Shown: positions 1-10,004 of the stretch, one piece after another
Layout of the letters: every line of letters starts with the position of its first letter
How positions within the stretch are numbered: position 1 is the stretch's first letter
Assembly (NCBI RefSeq): GCF_011745625.1
Contig: NW_027191519.1
Location: 1 to 44,280 of the forward strand
DNA from: Cladosporium halotolerans
Taxonomy: Eukaryota
DNA length: 44,280 nt
Direction of reading: 5' to 3'
Translations under genes and position numbers: made by a program
Notes under the pieces: model-generated
The model's database searches: none
Seen by the model: only the letters and a program-made list of their open reading frames with translations
What the model was told of the DNA's origin: nothing

Positions 1-792
1 CCTTGTGAAGTCGCATGCGCGGGAGCCGAAAGCAATAAAATGGGCAAGCTCGGGCAACAATGAGGTGCTGCGCGCGAGGGCGGCGTGTGACAATGATTAA
101 GGTGTGATTGGTATTGCGGCCGGTGCAACGAGGGTTTGCGCATCACAGACAGAAGAGACAGAGACACTCGCACTGCCCGTCTGCCTCCCCTGCGCGGCAA
201 AAGCGCTGGCAGACGAGGATTACGCGCACGACTGGCAGGACGAAAACGGGCGACGTGTTTACCACACTCGACCATGACCTACCGCGCCCGCAGTGCCGCG
301 CACGTGCAGATTTGCGCTGCGGCCAGCATCACCTCACTGCGCTGCACGCCCTCGCCGTTGCCCTTATCCGAACACGCCGACCGCCCGTCAGCACACCCCG
401 CTCGTTCTTGCAAACTCCACCGTGGTGCATACAAGACGTGGGCATGCGCACACGCACACGCTCCGTCAATTTTGCTTTGCGAGGGTCTGCTGAGACCACG
501 CGGCCCGATCAGACTTTCGGCCCTGCCCATATGCCCCCAGCAACCGCGCCGCCAATCCTTATAGCAGTCTTAGCATCCGCCGTCATCCTGCGCATAGGAG
601 GTCAGATCAGATCGCGCAATGCCTTCAAGGTTGTTTTGGCGGCGCCGCCAGCTCACAACGGTGGCGTGTGTAAGCTCGTGGGCGCAATGCAGTATAGATG
701 TGTGATATTCTGCACTACTACTGCATTCCCCATCGGTGCTCTTATGCGACAGGCACTTTGCCCGTGTATGCCGCCCTCAATTATTGTATTAG

Positions 793-812
793 ACGCGTCT
801 GTCGTCACGCGT
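793..812. promoter_or_regulatory. Two ACGCGT (MluI cell-cycle box-like) sites, probably part of the original chitin synthase upstream region
   Basis: ACGCGT at 793-798 and 807-812. They would lie ~440 bp upstream of the chs ATG if the pogo at 1086-3225 is removed. Function is inferred only. Confidence 0.25.
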
Positions 813-1085
813 GCTATTCTGAGCGCAGCAAGTGCCTAATGTAGGAGCCAGTGGCGAAAAGCGCGGGAGCTGTGCACGTCCCAAGGGGAGAGAGCACAGA
901 GGAGACACAGCGGGCCTGGGGCCTTCCACGCCCGCCGCTTGTCGCTTGTCGCGTGGCAACACCCCGTGCCCTACCGTTTCACCCTCGTTGTCGCCCACTT
1001 GCCATTGCTTTGCTTGCCATATTGGCTCGCTGCCTGCTGTATTTGCTTTATGAGTCGTGTAGAAGGCGCAGTGAGGCGCGAACAA

Positions 1086-3225
1086 GACGTCTTCCTTGGC
1101 TCGTGCACATCCCTGACTCGCGCACACTTTTTGAAGCCAGACAACAGCGCGCTTCAACACGCGACATCTTCACAACCATGGCTTCTATGGATAAGGCGAT
1201 TGCGTTTCTATGATCTTCTGGATCTGAAAATATCTCTAAAGCAGCTAGAAAGTACAATGTCAACAGAAGTACCCTTAGCAAGCGGTTCCGCGGCAAGACG
1301 CACTCCACAGCCCAAGGCTACCAAGCACAGCAATTGCTAACGCACAAACAAGAAATTATGCTTGTGAAACAGATCAACAGACTGTGCGAGTGGTGCCTTC
1401 CCCCTACGCCATCAATGGTGAGGGCTTGGGCTGCTGCTTTGTGTGATACAGAGCCGGGCAAGAACTGGGTTGCCGCTTTCCGCGTCCGACACAAGGATGA
1501 GCTTGACTGCAAATATCTCAGCACCATAGACCTCGAGAGGCACAAAGCCGACTCAGAGCATTCGCATAGGCAGTAATTTGCTATCTTGGAGGAGAAGATC
1601 ATCCAGTATGACATACAGCCTCACAATTGCTACAACATGGACGAGAAGGGCTTTCTCATCGGCCATCCGCAGAAGGTCAAGAGGATCTTCCCAAAGGCTC
1701 TTATGAAGACTCAAAAGTTCTAGGCACCGGTCAAGACGGAGCTCGACACTGGATTACCCTCGTAGCGACCATATGTGCCGATGGCAGCTCACTGCCGCCT
1801 GCTCTGATCTACAAGGCTGTTAGTGGTAATCTCCAAGACACTTGGCTTTAAGAATATGAGCCAAAAGAGCATCCTTGTTGGTTTGCAAGCTCGCCCAACG
1901 GATGGACAAGTGATGAGCTTGCTTTGAGCTGGCTTCAGAGCCTCTTCGATCCTCAAACCTCAGACAAGGCTAGAAGAGACTGGAGGCTGCTCATGCTTGA
2001 CGGCCATGGCTCTCATTGCACGCTAGACTTTCTTGAATTGTGCCACAAGCGTAGGATCCTGGTTGCTATCTATCCTCCCCACTCGACTCATAGGTTGCAG
2101 CCCTTGGACGTCAGTCTGTTCAACCCACTCGCCACTTATTACAGCCAAGCTCTGGATGCTCATACCAGACAGTCTCTAGGCCTATCGAGCGTAAGTAAGC
2201 GAGACTTCTTCACCATCTTCTACCCAGCATTTGACAAGGCCTTCACGGAAGAGAACATCCGGTCGGCATGGCGCAAGATCGGCATAGAGCCATGGGATCC
2301 AGCTCAGGTGCTGAAGATCTTCGACAAGGAGGCAGGCGAAGTATTGGACCATACATCAGCGTCCGCACCCTCCGAGAGCCTCGGAAGTAGTTGCCTCGAT
2401 TCGCCGAGAGCCACTAGAAGGGTAAGGAGGATTGTGGATCGAAGTGTGGCTGCTGATGGGGCTAAGAAGGACAGGACGATCAGACTGCTCGGCGATGCCT
2501 ACCTGGGAGCTTTTGCCCGAGCACAGCTGGCAGAAGAGCGTGAGCAAGGCCTTCTTCAGTCTATCGATTGAGAAGAAGAAGAGGAAACGTGGTAGCGCAT
2601 TCACCGAGCAGCTCAGAGCAAGTGAAGGCCTTGGTGTGCTGTTCTTTAGCCCTTCCAAGGTAGTTCGAGCTAGAGAGCTTGCAGCAGCTCGGGAATTCGC
2701 TAAAGACGACGAGGCGCTCGGTTGATTGCTCGGAACCCAAGATAGAGCTCAGCTTGAGGCTCACAGGGAGCTGGAGGCCCAGCAAAAGCGCGAGGATAGA
2801 GCTATCAAAGCTGCCGCAAGGAAGACCAGGAAGGCTCTTGACAAGGCCCAAAAGGAGCGTGACAAGCTAGCTAAAAAGGGTGTAGAACAACTTCCAACAA
2901 AGTCTAGGGCCTCCAGTAAATGACCAAGAGGAAGGCCGGTGAAGCAGAAACAATCTAAAGAACCTGTCGCAGTTGCTACTGAGCCAGAAGCTGAAATAAT
3001 GCCCGAACAGCCGAGGTCAAGTACTGGCAGGACTGTCAAGCGACCAAGGTTTTTTGATGATATTCAAGTATCTAGAATTACAGAGAAACTTACCACGGCT
3101 GCAACGAGCTCTTTGGCACTTCGAGCGAATGTGTTTACATCGAGATGTAGTGCTGCGAAGGTGATGGTTATGATGTGAAAGCAGTGTGCACGAGCCAGGG
3201 ATGTGCACGAGTCAAGGAAGACTTC
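1086..3225 (+). mobile_element. Fot1/pogo-type Tc1-mariner DNA transposon, copy 1 (defective)
   Basis: ~42-bp TIRs: GACGTCTTCCTTGGCTCGTGCACATCCCTGACTCGCGCACACT from 1086, reverse-complement counterpart ending at 3225. TA at 3226-3227; left flank is AA. Length 2140 bp, with a fragmented transposase inside. Confidence 0.93.
1178..3067 (+). pseudogene. pogo/Fot1 DDE transposase pseudogene
   Basis: MASMDKAIAFL* start, then HTH/CENP-B-like segment, YNMDEKG, LMLDGHGSH and HRLQPLD motifs spread over several frames. Stops at 1211, 1574 and 1849, plus frameshifts. 3' end approximate. Confidence 0.9.
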
Positions 3226-3387
3226 TATCCTCGCTGACTTTCCCCCTCGCTGCACACCTCTGGTCTCTCGCTTCACGCAAAAACACATTCCTGCCCATAT
3301 CCACTAGCCCGCGCCGCCAAAGGGCGCAGCCGAGTCGCTCCGGCGCATCAGCTTGTACCGTAATCAAAGCATACGCCATAGCCCAGC

Positions 3388-6300
3388 ATGTCCTCCTACA
3401 ACATGCCATCGCGCCCTGAGCAAGCTTCTTCACGGAGGAGGGAATCCTACTACGACACCCACCCCCGACCCTCGCACCAGACGCGGCGCCGCAGCTCCGC
3501 CGCCAGAGACCGCCCAAGGCGTTCGTCAGACGGTGAAGCCGCCCGTCGCTCTTCCAGTGCCATTCGCCCGCGCCGTGCCAGCCAAACATACCACCGCTCC
3601 CACGACGAATCCAGGGATCGCAGAAGGAGGAGCTCGTCGCATCACCAACCTTCGGGTCGGTACATGTCTGAGAAAGCCATGGCCGTCGAAACACACTCCC
3701 GTTTCATTCCTTCTCCCACACATGTTCCCACCGACCGAGAGCCAATGATGCACTCCCGTGGCCATTCGAATGGCGGCGCGGAGGACCTCTCTCGGAAAAG
3801 GAGCATGATCAGGCCGGAGAGGCGACGCGAGGACCCTGATGACCCCAACTACTACTACCGCAAACATGCGCACCACATGAATGTCATGCCCTCGATCACT
3901 GGCAACGACCCTCATTTGGAGGACGTTTATGCCGCATTAAGCTCGAGATCCGACGCTTCGAAGGAGCCGCGCAGCTCTGGCTCGCCTCAAAACGAAAAGG
4001 TGCTTGCGCACACCGATGTGGCAGCCAGGAGTGGCAGCAAACGACAGCCCAACAAGCTGGCGCGAAAGCCTGATAGCAAAGAGAAGAGAAGCCAGAAGAT
4101 CAAGGAGGCATCTGGTACACCCACCCTATGGGGTACATACTGCCAGATGATTACCTTCTGGATCCCGAACATCGTCTTGAGCTGCTTCGGCATGCCCAAG
4201 AAGGAACAGCAAAGAGCTTGGAGAGAAAAGATCGGCTTGATCAGTATCATTTTGCTCATCGCTACTTTCGTCGGTTTCCTCACTTTCGGTTTCACCCAGG
4301 TTGTCTGTCCAGGCGGCGGGCCCTCTAGACTCCAGATCAACCAGGTCGGCTCAGGATACATGATTTTCCACGGGAAGGCTTATGACTTGACCAGATCGCG
4401 TCACCCTCTTGCACGCGGCATCTCTGGCGGTGGAAACGTTCTCTGGGACATGGACGAGCCCCATGGTGGCCAGGACGGTAGTTTCCTGGTCCAAAACGTC
4501 AACGGCAAATGCAAGGGTCTCATCACTGCCGCAGAGAACTCCGACGTTCCCACCGACGACGATGGAAACCTCGCTTGGTACTTCCCTTGCAACACCTTCA
4601 ACCAGGACGGTTCTTCTTCGCCAAACGCTTCGGTTGGTTACTATCTCGGATACTCTTGCCACACCTCGCGCAATGCCCGCGACGCCTTCTACAGCCTCCA
4701 GAGGTCTGGCGACGTTTTCTTCACCTGGGATGATATCCGCAACAGCAGCCGCAACCTGATGGTCTACTCTGGCGATGTTCTGGATCTGGACCTCCTCCGT
4801 TGGTTCAACACTACCCAGGTATCGTACCCTCAGCTCTTTGACGATATCCGCACCAACGAGGCCGTCCGTGGCCAGGACAACACCCTCGCCTTCGTGTCGA
4901 GCTCGCAGAAGGAAGTCGCGCAGTGTTTCCAGGAGATCATCAAAGTAGGGTCTATCGACACGGAGACTGTTGGCTGCATTGCGTCTAAGGTCGTTCTCTA
5001 TGTCTCGCTCATCTTCATTCTGTCCATCGTCGTGGCCAAGTTTGCCCTCGCTCTTCTCTTCCAATGGGTCCTCAGTCGCAAGTATGCGGCTGACAAGACT
5101 AGCGTGACCAGCGACAAGAAGAAGAGACAGAACCAAATCGAGGACTGGTCTGCAGATATCTACAGCGCGCCGCCCAAAGTCACTGACCCTGCCTCGACCG
5201 TGAGCGGAGGCACCAACAAGCCCAACGGCTTTTTGCCGACTACCAGTCGTTTCACCAGCCCCTACGCCATCGATGCCAAGTCCAGGCCTGCTCCGATGAC
5301 AATGGCCAGCCAATCCTCGACCACTCGTCTTATTACTCCCTCGAACATCGGCGCTGGTGCGTACTGTGGCTTTAACCGCTCTGAAGGCACTCTGTTGACC
5401 ATGGACAGCCCTGGCAGACAAAGCATTAGCCATTATAGGTCCAGTCTCATGCCTTCCAATGCCCACACCCAGCGCTTCAGCGGTATGCACGGCGACTCCG
5501 AAGGCTCCGGCCCTCAAGGTTTCATCCTCGAATCAGTTGTCCCGCAGCCTCCGCCTGAGTGGCAGCCTTTCGGTTACCCGCTTGCTCACACTATCTGTCT
5601 GATCACTGCCTACTCTGAAGGTCCCGAAGGTATGCGGACCACAATCGACTCCGTCGCCATGACCGACTACCCGAGCAGTCACAAGCTCATCTTCGTCGTC
5701 TGTGACGGTCTGATCAAGGGTAAGGGTGAGGCTATGTCGACACCCGAAGTCTGTCTTTCCATGATGAAGGACCACGCCGTCGCTTCGGAAGATGTGGAAC
5801 CCTTCTCATACGTCGCTGTCGCTTCCGGCAGTAAGCGTCACAACATGGCTAAGGTCTACTCTGGTTTCTACGATTACGGTGGCGAGTCCGTGATCCCCAT
5901 CGAGAGGCAGCAGCGCGTTCCTATGATGGTCGTCGTCAAGTGCGGTACTCCTGAGGAGGCTTCTCTGGCAAAGCCCGGTAACCGTGGCAAGCGCGACTCT
6001 CAGATCATCCTCATGTCTTTCTTGCAGAAGGTGATGTTCGACGGGCGTATGACCGAACTGGAATACGAGATGTTCAACGGTATCTGGAAAATCACTGGCA
6101 TTTCGCCTGACTTCTACGAAATCGCATTCATGGTCGACGCCGATACCAAGGTCTTCCCGGATTCTCTCACGCACATGGTCAGCGCGATGGTCAAGGATGC
6201 CGAGGTCATGGGTCTCTGTGGTGAGACAAAGATTGCGAACAAGACAGACTCTTGGGTCACCATGATTCAGGTCTTCGAGTACTTCATCTCTCACCACCAC

Positions 6301-7281
6301 AGCAAGTCTTTCGAATCCGTCTTCGGTGGTGTCACCTGTTTGCCCGGCTGTTTCTGTATGTACCGCATCAAGACGCCCAAGGGTGGCCAGAACTACTGGG
6401 TCCCCATCCTCGCCAACCCGGACATCGTCGAGCATTACTCCGAGAACGTCGTCGACACGCTGCACAAGAAGAACTTGCTCCTGCTCGGTGAGGACCGATA
6501 CCTGTCCACGCTGATGCTGAAGACCTTCCCCAAGCGCAAGCAGATCTTCGTTCCGCAGGCCGTCTGCAAGACGACCGTTCCGGACGAGTTCAAGGTTCTC
6601 CTCTCCCAGCGCCGCCGCTGGATCAACTCGACCGTGCATAACATGATGGAACTCGTCCTCGTCCGCGACCTCTGCGGCACCTTCTGCTTCAGCATGCAGT
6701 TCGTCGATTTCATCGAGCTCGTCGGCACTCTCATCCTGCCCGCCGCCATCGCCTTCACTCTCTACGTCGGTAAGTCTCAGCCTCACCTTCCCCCCAAACC
6801 TCATATTCACGAACAAAACTGACATCTCTTCCCAGTCGCCCTCGGCCTCAAATCCGCCTTCACCGACACTCCGACCCCAACTATCCCCCTCATCCTACTC
6901 CTCCTCATCCTCGGCCTCCCGGGCGTCCTCATCATCATCACCGCCCACCGCCTCGTCTACGTCCTCTGGATGCTAATCTACCTCATTTCCCTCCCTGTCT
7001 GGAACTTCATCCTGCCCACGTACAGTTTCTGGCACTTCGACGATTTCTCCTGGGGCGACACGCGGCAGACGGCGGGCGCGAAACCCGGCGGTGACAAGGG
7101 CGGGCACGACGAGGATGGAGAGTTTGACAGCAGCAAGATTACGATGAAGAGGTGGGGGGATTTCGAGCAGGAGAGGAGGTTGAGGGCACCAGCCGCGGCC
7201 CGTGCGAGTCCGAAGACAGCGGTTACGAGAGCGAAGGGACGTAGACCAGCAGCAGCACCGGCAGACGGAAAAGCAGCGTGA
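3388..7281 (+). CDS. CHS3: Class IV chitin synthase (S. cerevisiae Chs3 / N. crassa CHS-4 type); exons 3388-6769 and 6836-7281, ~1275 aa
   Basis: AWREK, cytochrome-b5-like [50 protein letters not shown] and WHFDDFSWG motifs. A 66-nt intron (GTAAGT at 6770, CTGAC at 6819, CAG at 6835) joins ORF 3388-6822 in frame to ORF 6970-7281. Confidence 0.95.
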
Positions 7282-7600
7282 GCAGTTTCGAATGGGGTGC
7301 GGAGGATGAGGGACAGGTTCATGGTGGAGGGTGTGGCAGTTCGATGCAGTGGATGTTGGATATAAGAGGTTACGGGATGAAGATAGCATTCAACACGACG
7401 TTGGAAGGCCACGTGAATTGGCGAGACGGCGATACGTTGGATTACAAGGCGTTGAAGTTTACGATGGCCGAGTTCCGCGGCATGGTCGGGCAGTTGCAGG
7501 AGGCGACCCGTCGAGCGTTGTTGGAGGATTTGATGTTCGCCGCCGCCGTCGGGCAGGATGTGCCAGCAGTGTCGTGGCAGGATTTGTACGACGAACCGAG
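7205..7600 (+). pseudogene. Internal fragment of a DUF3505 / telomere-linked RecQ-helicase-family mobile gene
   Basis: Reads ESEDSGYES...RMRDRFMV...SMQWMLDIRGYGMKIAFNTTLEGHVNWRDGDTLDYKALKFTMAEFRGMV...VPAVSWQDLYDEP, with a stop and frameshifts. Matches the recalled family segment and parallels the LRSYG...W.KDG.T segment at ~29850-29980. Confidence 0.65.
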
Positions 7601-8326
7601 TAACAGTCAGTCGGAGGACTGCCTGCTGAATGCGATCCTTGTCGGCTACGCTCCGGAGGAGATCGCGGATCTCCGATTCTGCTTGCTTGTCTTTCACGAG
7701 CCTCTGGTTTCCAAACGTGGTAGCCAGGTCTTGTTGCTTGACTTTCCTTATAGCGCCAGGCTCGGCTTCTTCCAAAAGTAGGCCATGCTGCCGCTCCAAG
7801 TGCCAGCGAATGCCGGTAGTACTGACCACAGAGTAGCCCTCGCAGCCTACGCGCGAGCAATACCAGATCCTTCCAGGCGCATTTCTCGTGTACTCTACAT
7901 CAGGTGTGGGCTTGCGCGAGTGTTCCGAGAGCAGTGGATTGAGATTTCTTCCATGCCTCCTCTTGCATGAGCTGGTGCCGCTAGCCTCATCGTCGGACAA
8001 GCTTGATATTGTTTTTGCGGTGGCGAAAGCCCTGCTTCCTGGCGCCGAAGATGTTCAGTTTGGCGGATAAGGAGGCGGCGAAAAGGGGAGATTTGATTGG
8101 CTCGGGCACAATCCACGGGCTCGATTCTCCTAAACATTTTTAGGAAACTTCTAGCGGGGTTAGCGCACATACGATCCTCTGGATTCGGGGCTCTTGGGAG
8201 ACCTTCGGCACAAGCATGATCCTAATTGTAATTGAACATATGAACATGTTCATGTCATGTCGGATTATTGAACACGACATGACATTATGAACACAATGTA
8301 CATTTGGACTGTCGGTGTACGCTCTG
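7600..8326 (-). mobile_element. 5' fragment of a hAT-type transposon (BED zinc-finger N-terminus plus one terminus)
   Basis: Minus-strand WYCSRVGC...IRWHLERQHG (C2H2 BED-like), then IQQAVLRLTV, truncated at ~7600. Putative end CAGAGCGTACAC at 8326, with clustered TGAACA/TGTTCA subterminal repeats at 8233, 8241, 8247, 8269 and 8288. Confidence 0.65.
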
Positions 8327-8400
8327 CATTCTGCGATACTACCTATGAATCCTTTGTCCATTGGAGGATTGTGAGTAGAATCATGAGCAAGATTGTGAGT

Positions 8401-8607
8401 GTAGTCGCCATGGCCTTACTGATAGCCACCATGACCTTGCTCATAGCCGCCATGGACTTGCGGATAGCCGCCATGGCCTTGCTGAGGATTGCCGTGACCT
8501 CGCTCGTAGCCGCCATGGCCTTGCTGATAGCCGCCGTGACCTTGCTCGTAGCCGCCATGGCCTTGCTGAGGATTGCCGTGACCTTGCCAATACCCGCCCT
8601 GGCTTTG
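8401..8607 (-). repeat. 21-bp coding tandem repeat, ~10 units (Q-G-H-G-G-Y-E/Q)
   Basis: Units QSQGGYW, QGHGNPQ, QGHGGYE, QGHGGYQ, QGHGGYE, RGHGNPQ, QGHGGYP, QVHGGYE, QGHGGYQ, plus a post-stop *GHGDY unit. Confidence 0.9.
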
Positions 8608-9261
8608 CTCACGCCCATGTTGCTCTAATTCATAGCCGCTGTGCCTCTGTCCGTACCCAAGTTGACCTTGCACATAGCCGCGGCCATCGGCTTGCTGATA
8701 ACCTCCGGCTCTCGGGTAGTGTTCAGGCTGCTGGTAGTGACTTTGGCCACCCTCTTGATGGTACGCTTGCGCGTTCTGCCCATAATTAGGGCCCCGCATC
8801 TGCTGATGCCCGCCAGACATCTGGTGGCCACCATCACCACCTTGTCCATAGACATCGTGGCCCTGCTGGTACTCGCCCACACGCTGTTTACGCCCGAATT
8901 GCCCAGGCTGCAAGTGACCTTCATGTGCTGGATAGCCTTCTGGCTGCTGGTACCCACCGTGACCACCTTGAACATACCCGGCATGGCTCTGCTGATACTC
9001 GTCTTTTTGGTAATCGCGTCCAGGCTGCTGCTGAGGATGTGGCTCGGTCACATAGGGGCCGGGCCCGCCCGACGGATACGGGTTCTGGGAGGAGCTGGTC
9101 AAGTCCTGCGGATGGGTTTGCCCGGTGGCCTTGTCGGTGAGGGTGTGGATGATTTTCCCGGGACCGAAGAACGAATCGCCAGACCCATCGGAGCCGCTGC
9201 CGCTGCCGCTGCCAGAGCCTGTGGTGAGCTGTCCGGCAAGTTTGCCAAGAAGTCCAGACAT
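8416..9261 (-). CDS. Gly/Gln/His/Tyr-rich low-complexity protein with QGHGGY(E/Q) heptad repeats (~281 aa)
   Basis: Open frame from ATG 9261 (MSGLLGKLAG, in GCCATG context). GS tract, QGGHGGYQ-type motifs throughout, and a C-terminal 21-bp tandem array. Confidence 0.7.
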   Translation of the reverse strand: MSGLLGKLAGQLTTGSGSGSGSGSDGSGDSFFGPGKIIHTLTDKATGQTHPQDLTSSSQNPYPSGGPGPYVTEPHPQQQPGRDYQKDEYQQSHAGYVQGGHGGYQQPEGYPAHEGHLQPGQFGRKQRVGEYQQGHDVYGQGGDGGHQMSGGHQQMRGPNYGQNAQAYHQEGGQSHYQQPEHYPRAGGYQQADGRGYVQGQLGYGQRHSGYELEQHGREQSQGGYWQGHGNPQQGHGGYEQGHGGYQQGHGGYERGHGNPQQGHGGYPQVHGGYEQGHGGYQ

Positions 9262-10004
9262 GGCGGGTATTGCGAGGCTGGCGGTCGATGACGGACGATC
9301 GATGGAGATGATATGATGATTGACAAGCTGTTGGATTCTGCTTGCTGAAATGCTTGCGTGGTGCAAATGCTGTGAATAGTGCGGAATGCAGGCTAAGATT
9401 GGTCTTAGAAAAGCATGAAGCAGGAGCAAGCCGGCTTCGTGAATGCGAAAGCTCGAGCAGGTTATTAACTCTACGAGAAAAGCGGGACCAGCGGGGCAGT
9501 GCATGAAACGCTGCGTGACACCGCGCCGCATCATCCGTTGTCCTTGGAGCTTAGCTGGACTCGCCCGCCTGTTGTCGCCTTGGTTTCTAAAGTAATATAA
9601 TCGTGATCGCCCGCAGGTACATTGAGCCTTGCTACGCAAGCTGCGACGCGATCATAGGCAAGTGACGGGAACACTGACGGGAACACTCAGATCTATGTTG
9701 ATACTAAGGATGGTTGCGCGGAAATGGGAATCGCATGTGGGACACGTATCGTCTCGATTCATCGCGAACGACGCCACGCATTTGAGCTACGCAATGATTT
9801 GGTACATAGTGAGGGTGTGAGTAGCAGCATTAATGCATAAAAGCGCAGAAACGCCATCAACGCAAGCCCGGATAAACGACTGGTTCCTTCGCATTCCTTC
9901 CCTTCACGAAAACAACCTGTTGTAGAACGAGACAAACTCACGCCTTCTTCCATTTTGGCATCATGGAAGACGTTAAGATTTCAGGCAGCTCGTCTAGATG
10001 CATG

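Noticed and set aside
108..839. 243-aa ORF and overlapping ORFs at the window start
   Set aside because: Non-ATG starts, no recognisable motif, Arg/Ala/Pro-rich composition typical of GC-rich intergenic DNA.
4351..6825. Long minus-strand ORFs (388 aa and 339 aa)
   Set aside because: Antisense shadows of the strongly codon-biased chitin synthase.
6978..8000. 340-aa minus ORF as a single gene
   Set aside because: Chimera: the hAT N-terminus reads through into antisense RecQ-fragment and chs sequence.
8401..8607. Regular repeats as a possible CRISPR-like array
   Set aside because: Contiguous 21-bp coding units with no unique spacers, in a eukaryotic context.
8287..9291. Hydrophobic plus-strand ORFs with MALLIA repeats that look like membrane proteins
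   Set aside because: Antisense translation of the QGHGGY repeat gene.
9663..9686. 12-bp direct duplication TGACGGGAACAC x2
   Set aside because: Only two copies; no evidence of function or of an associated element.
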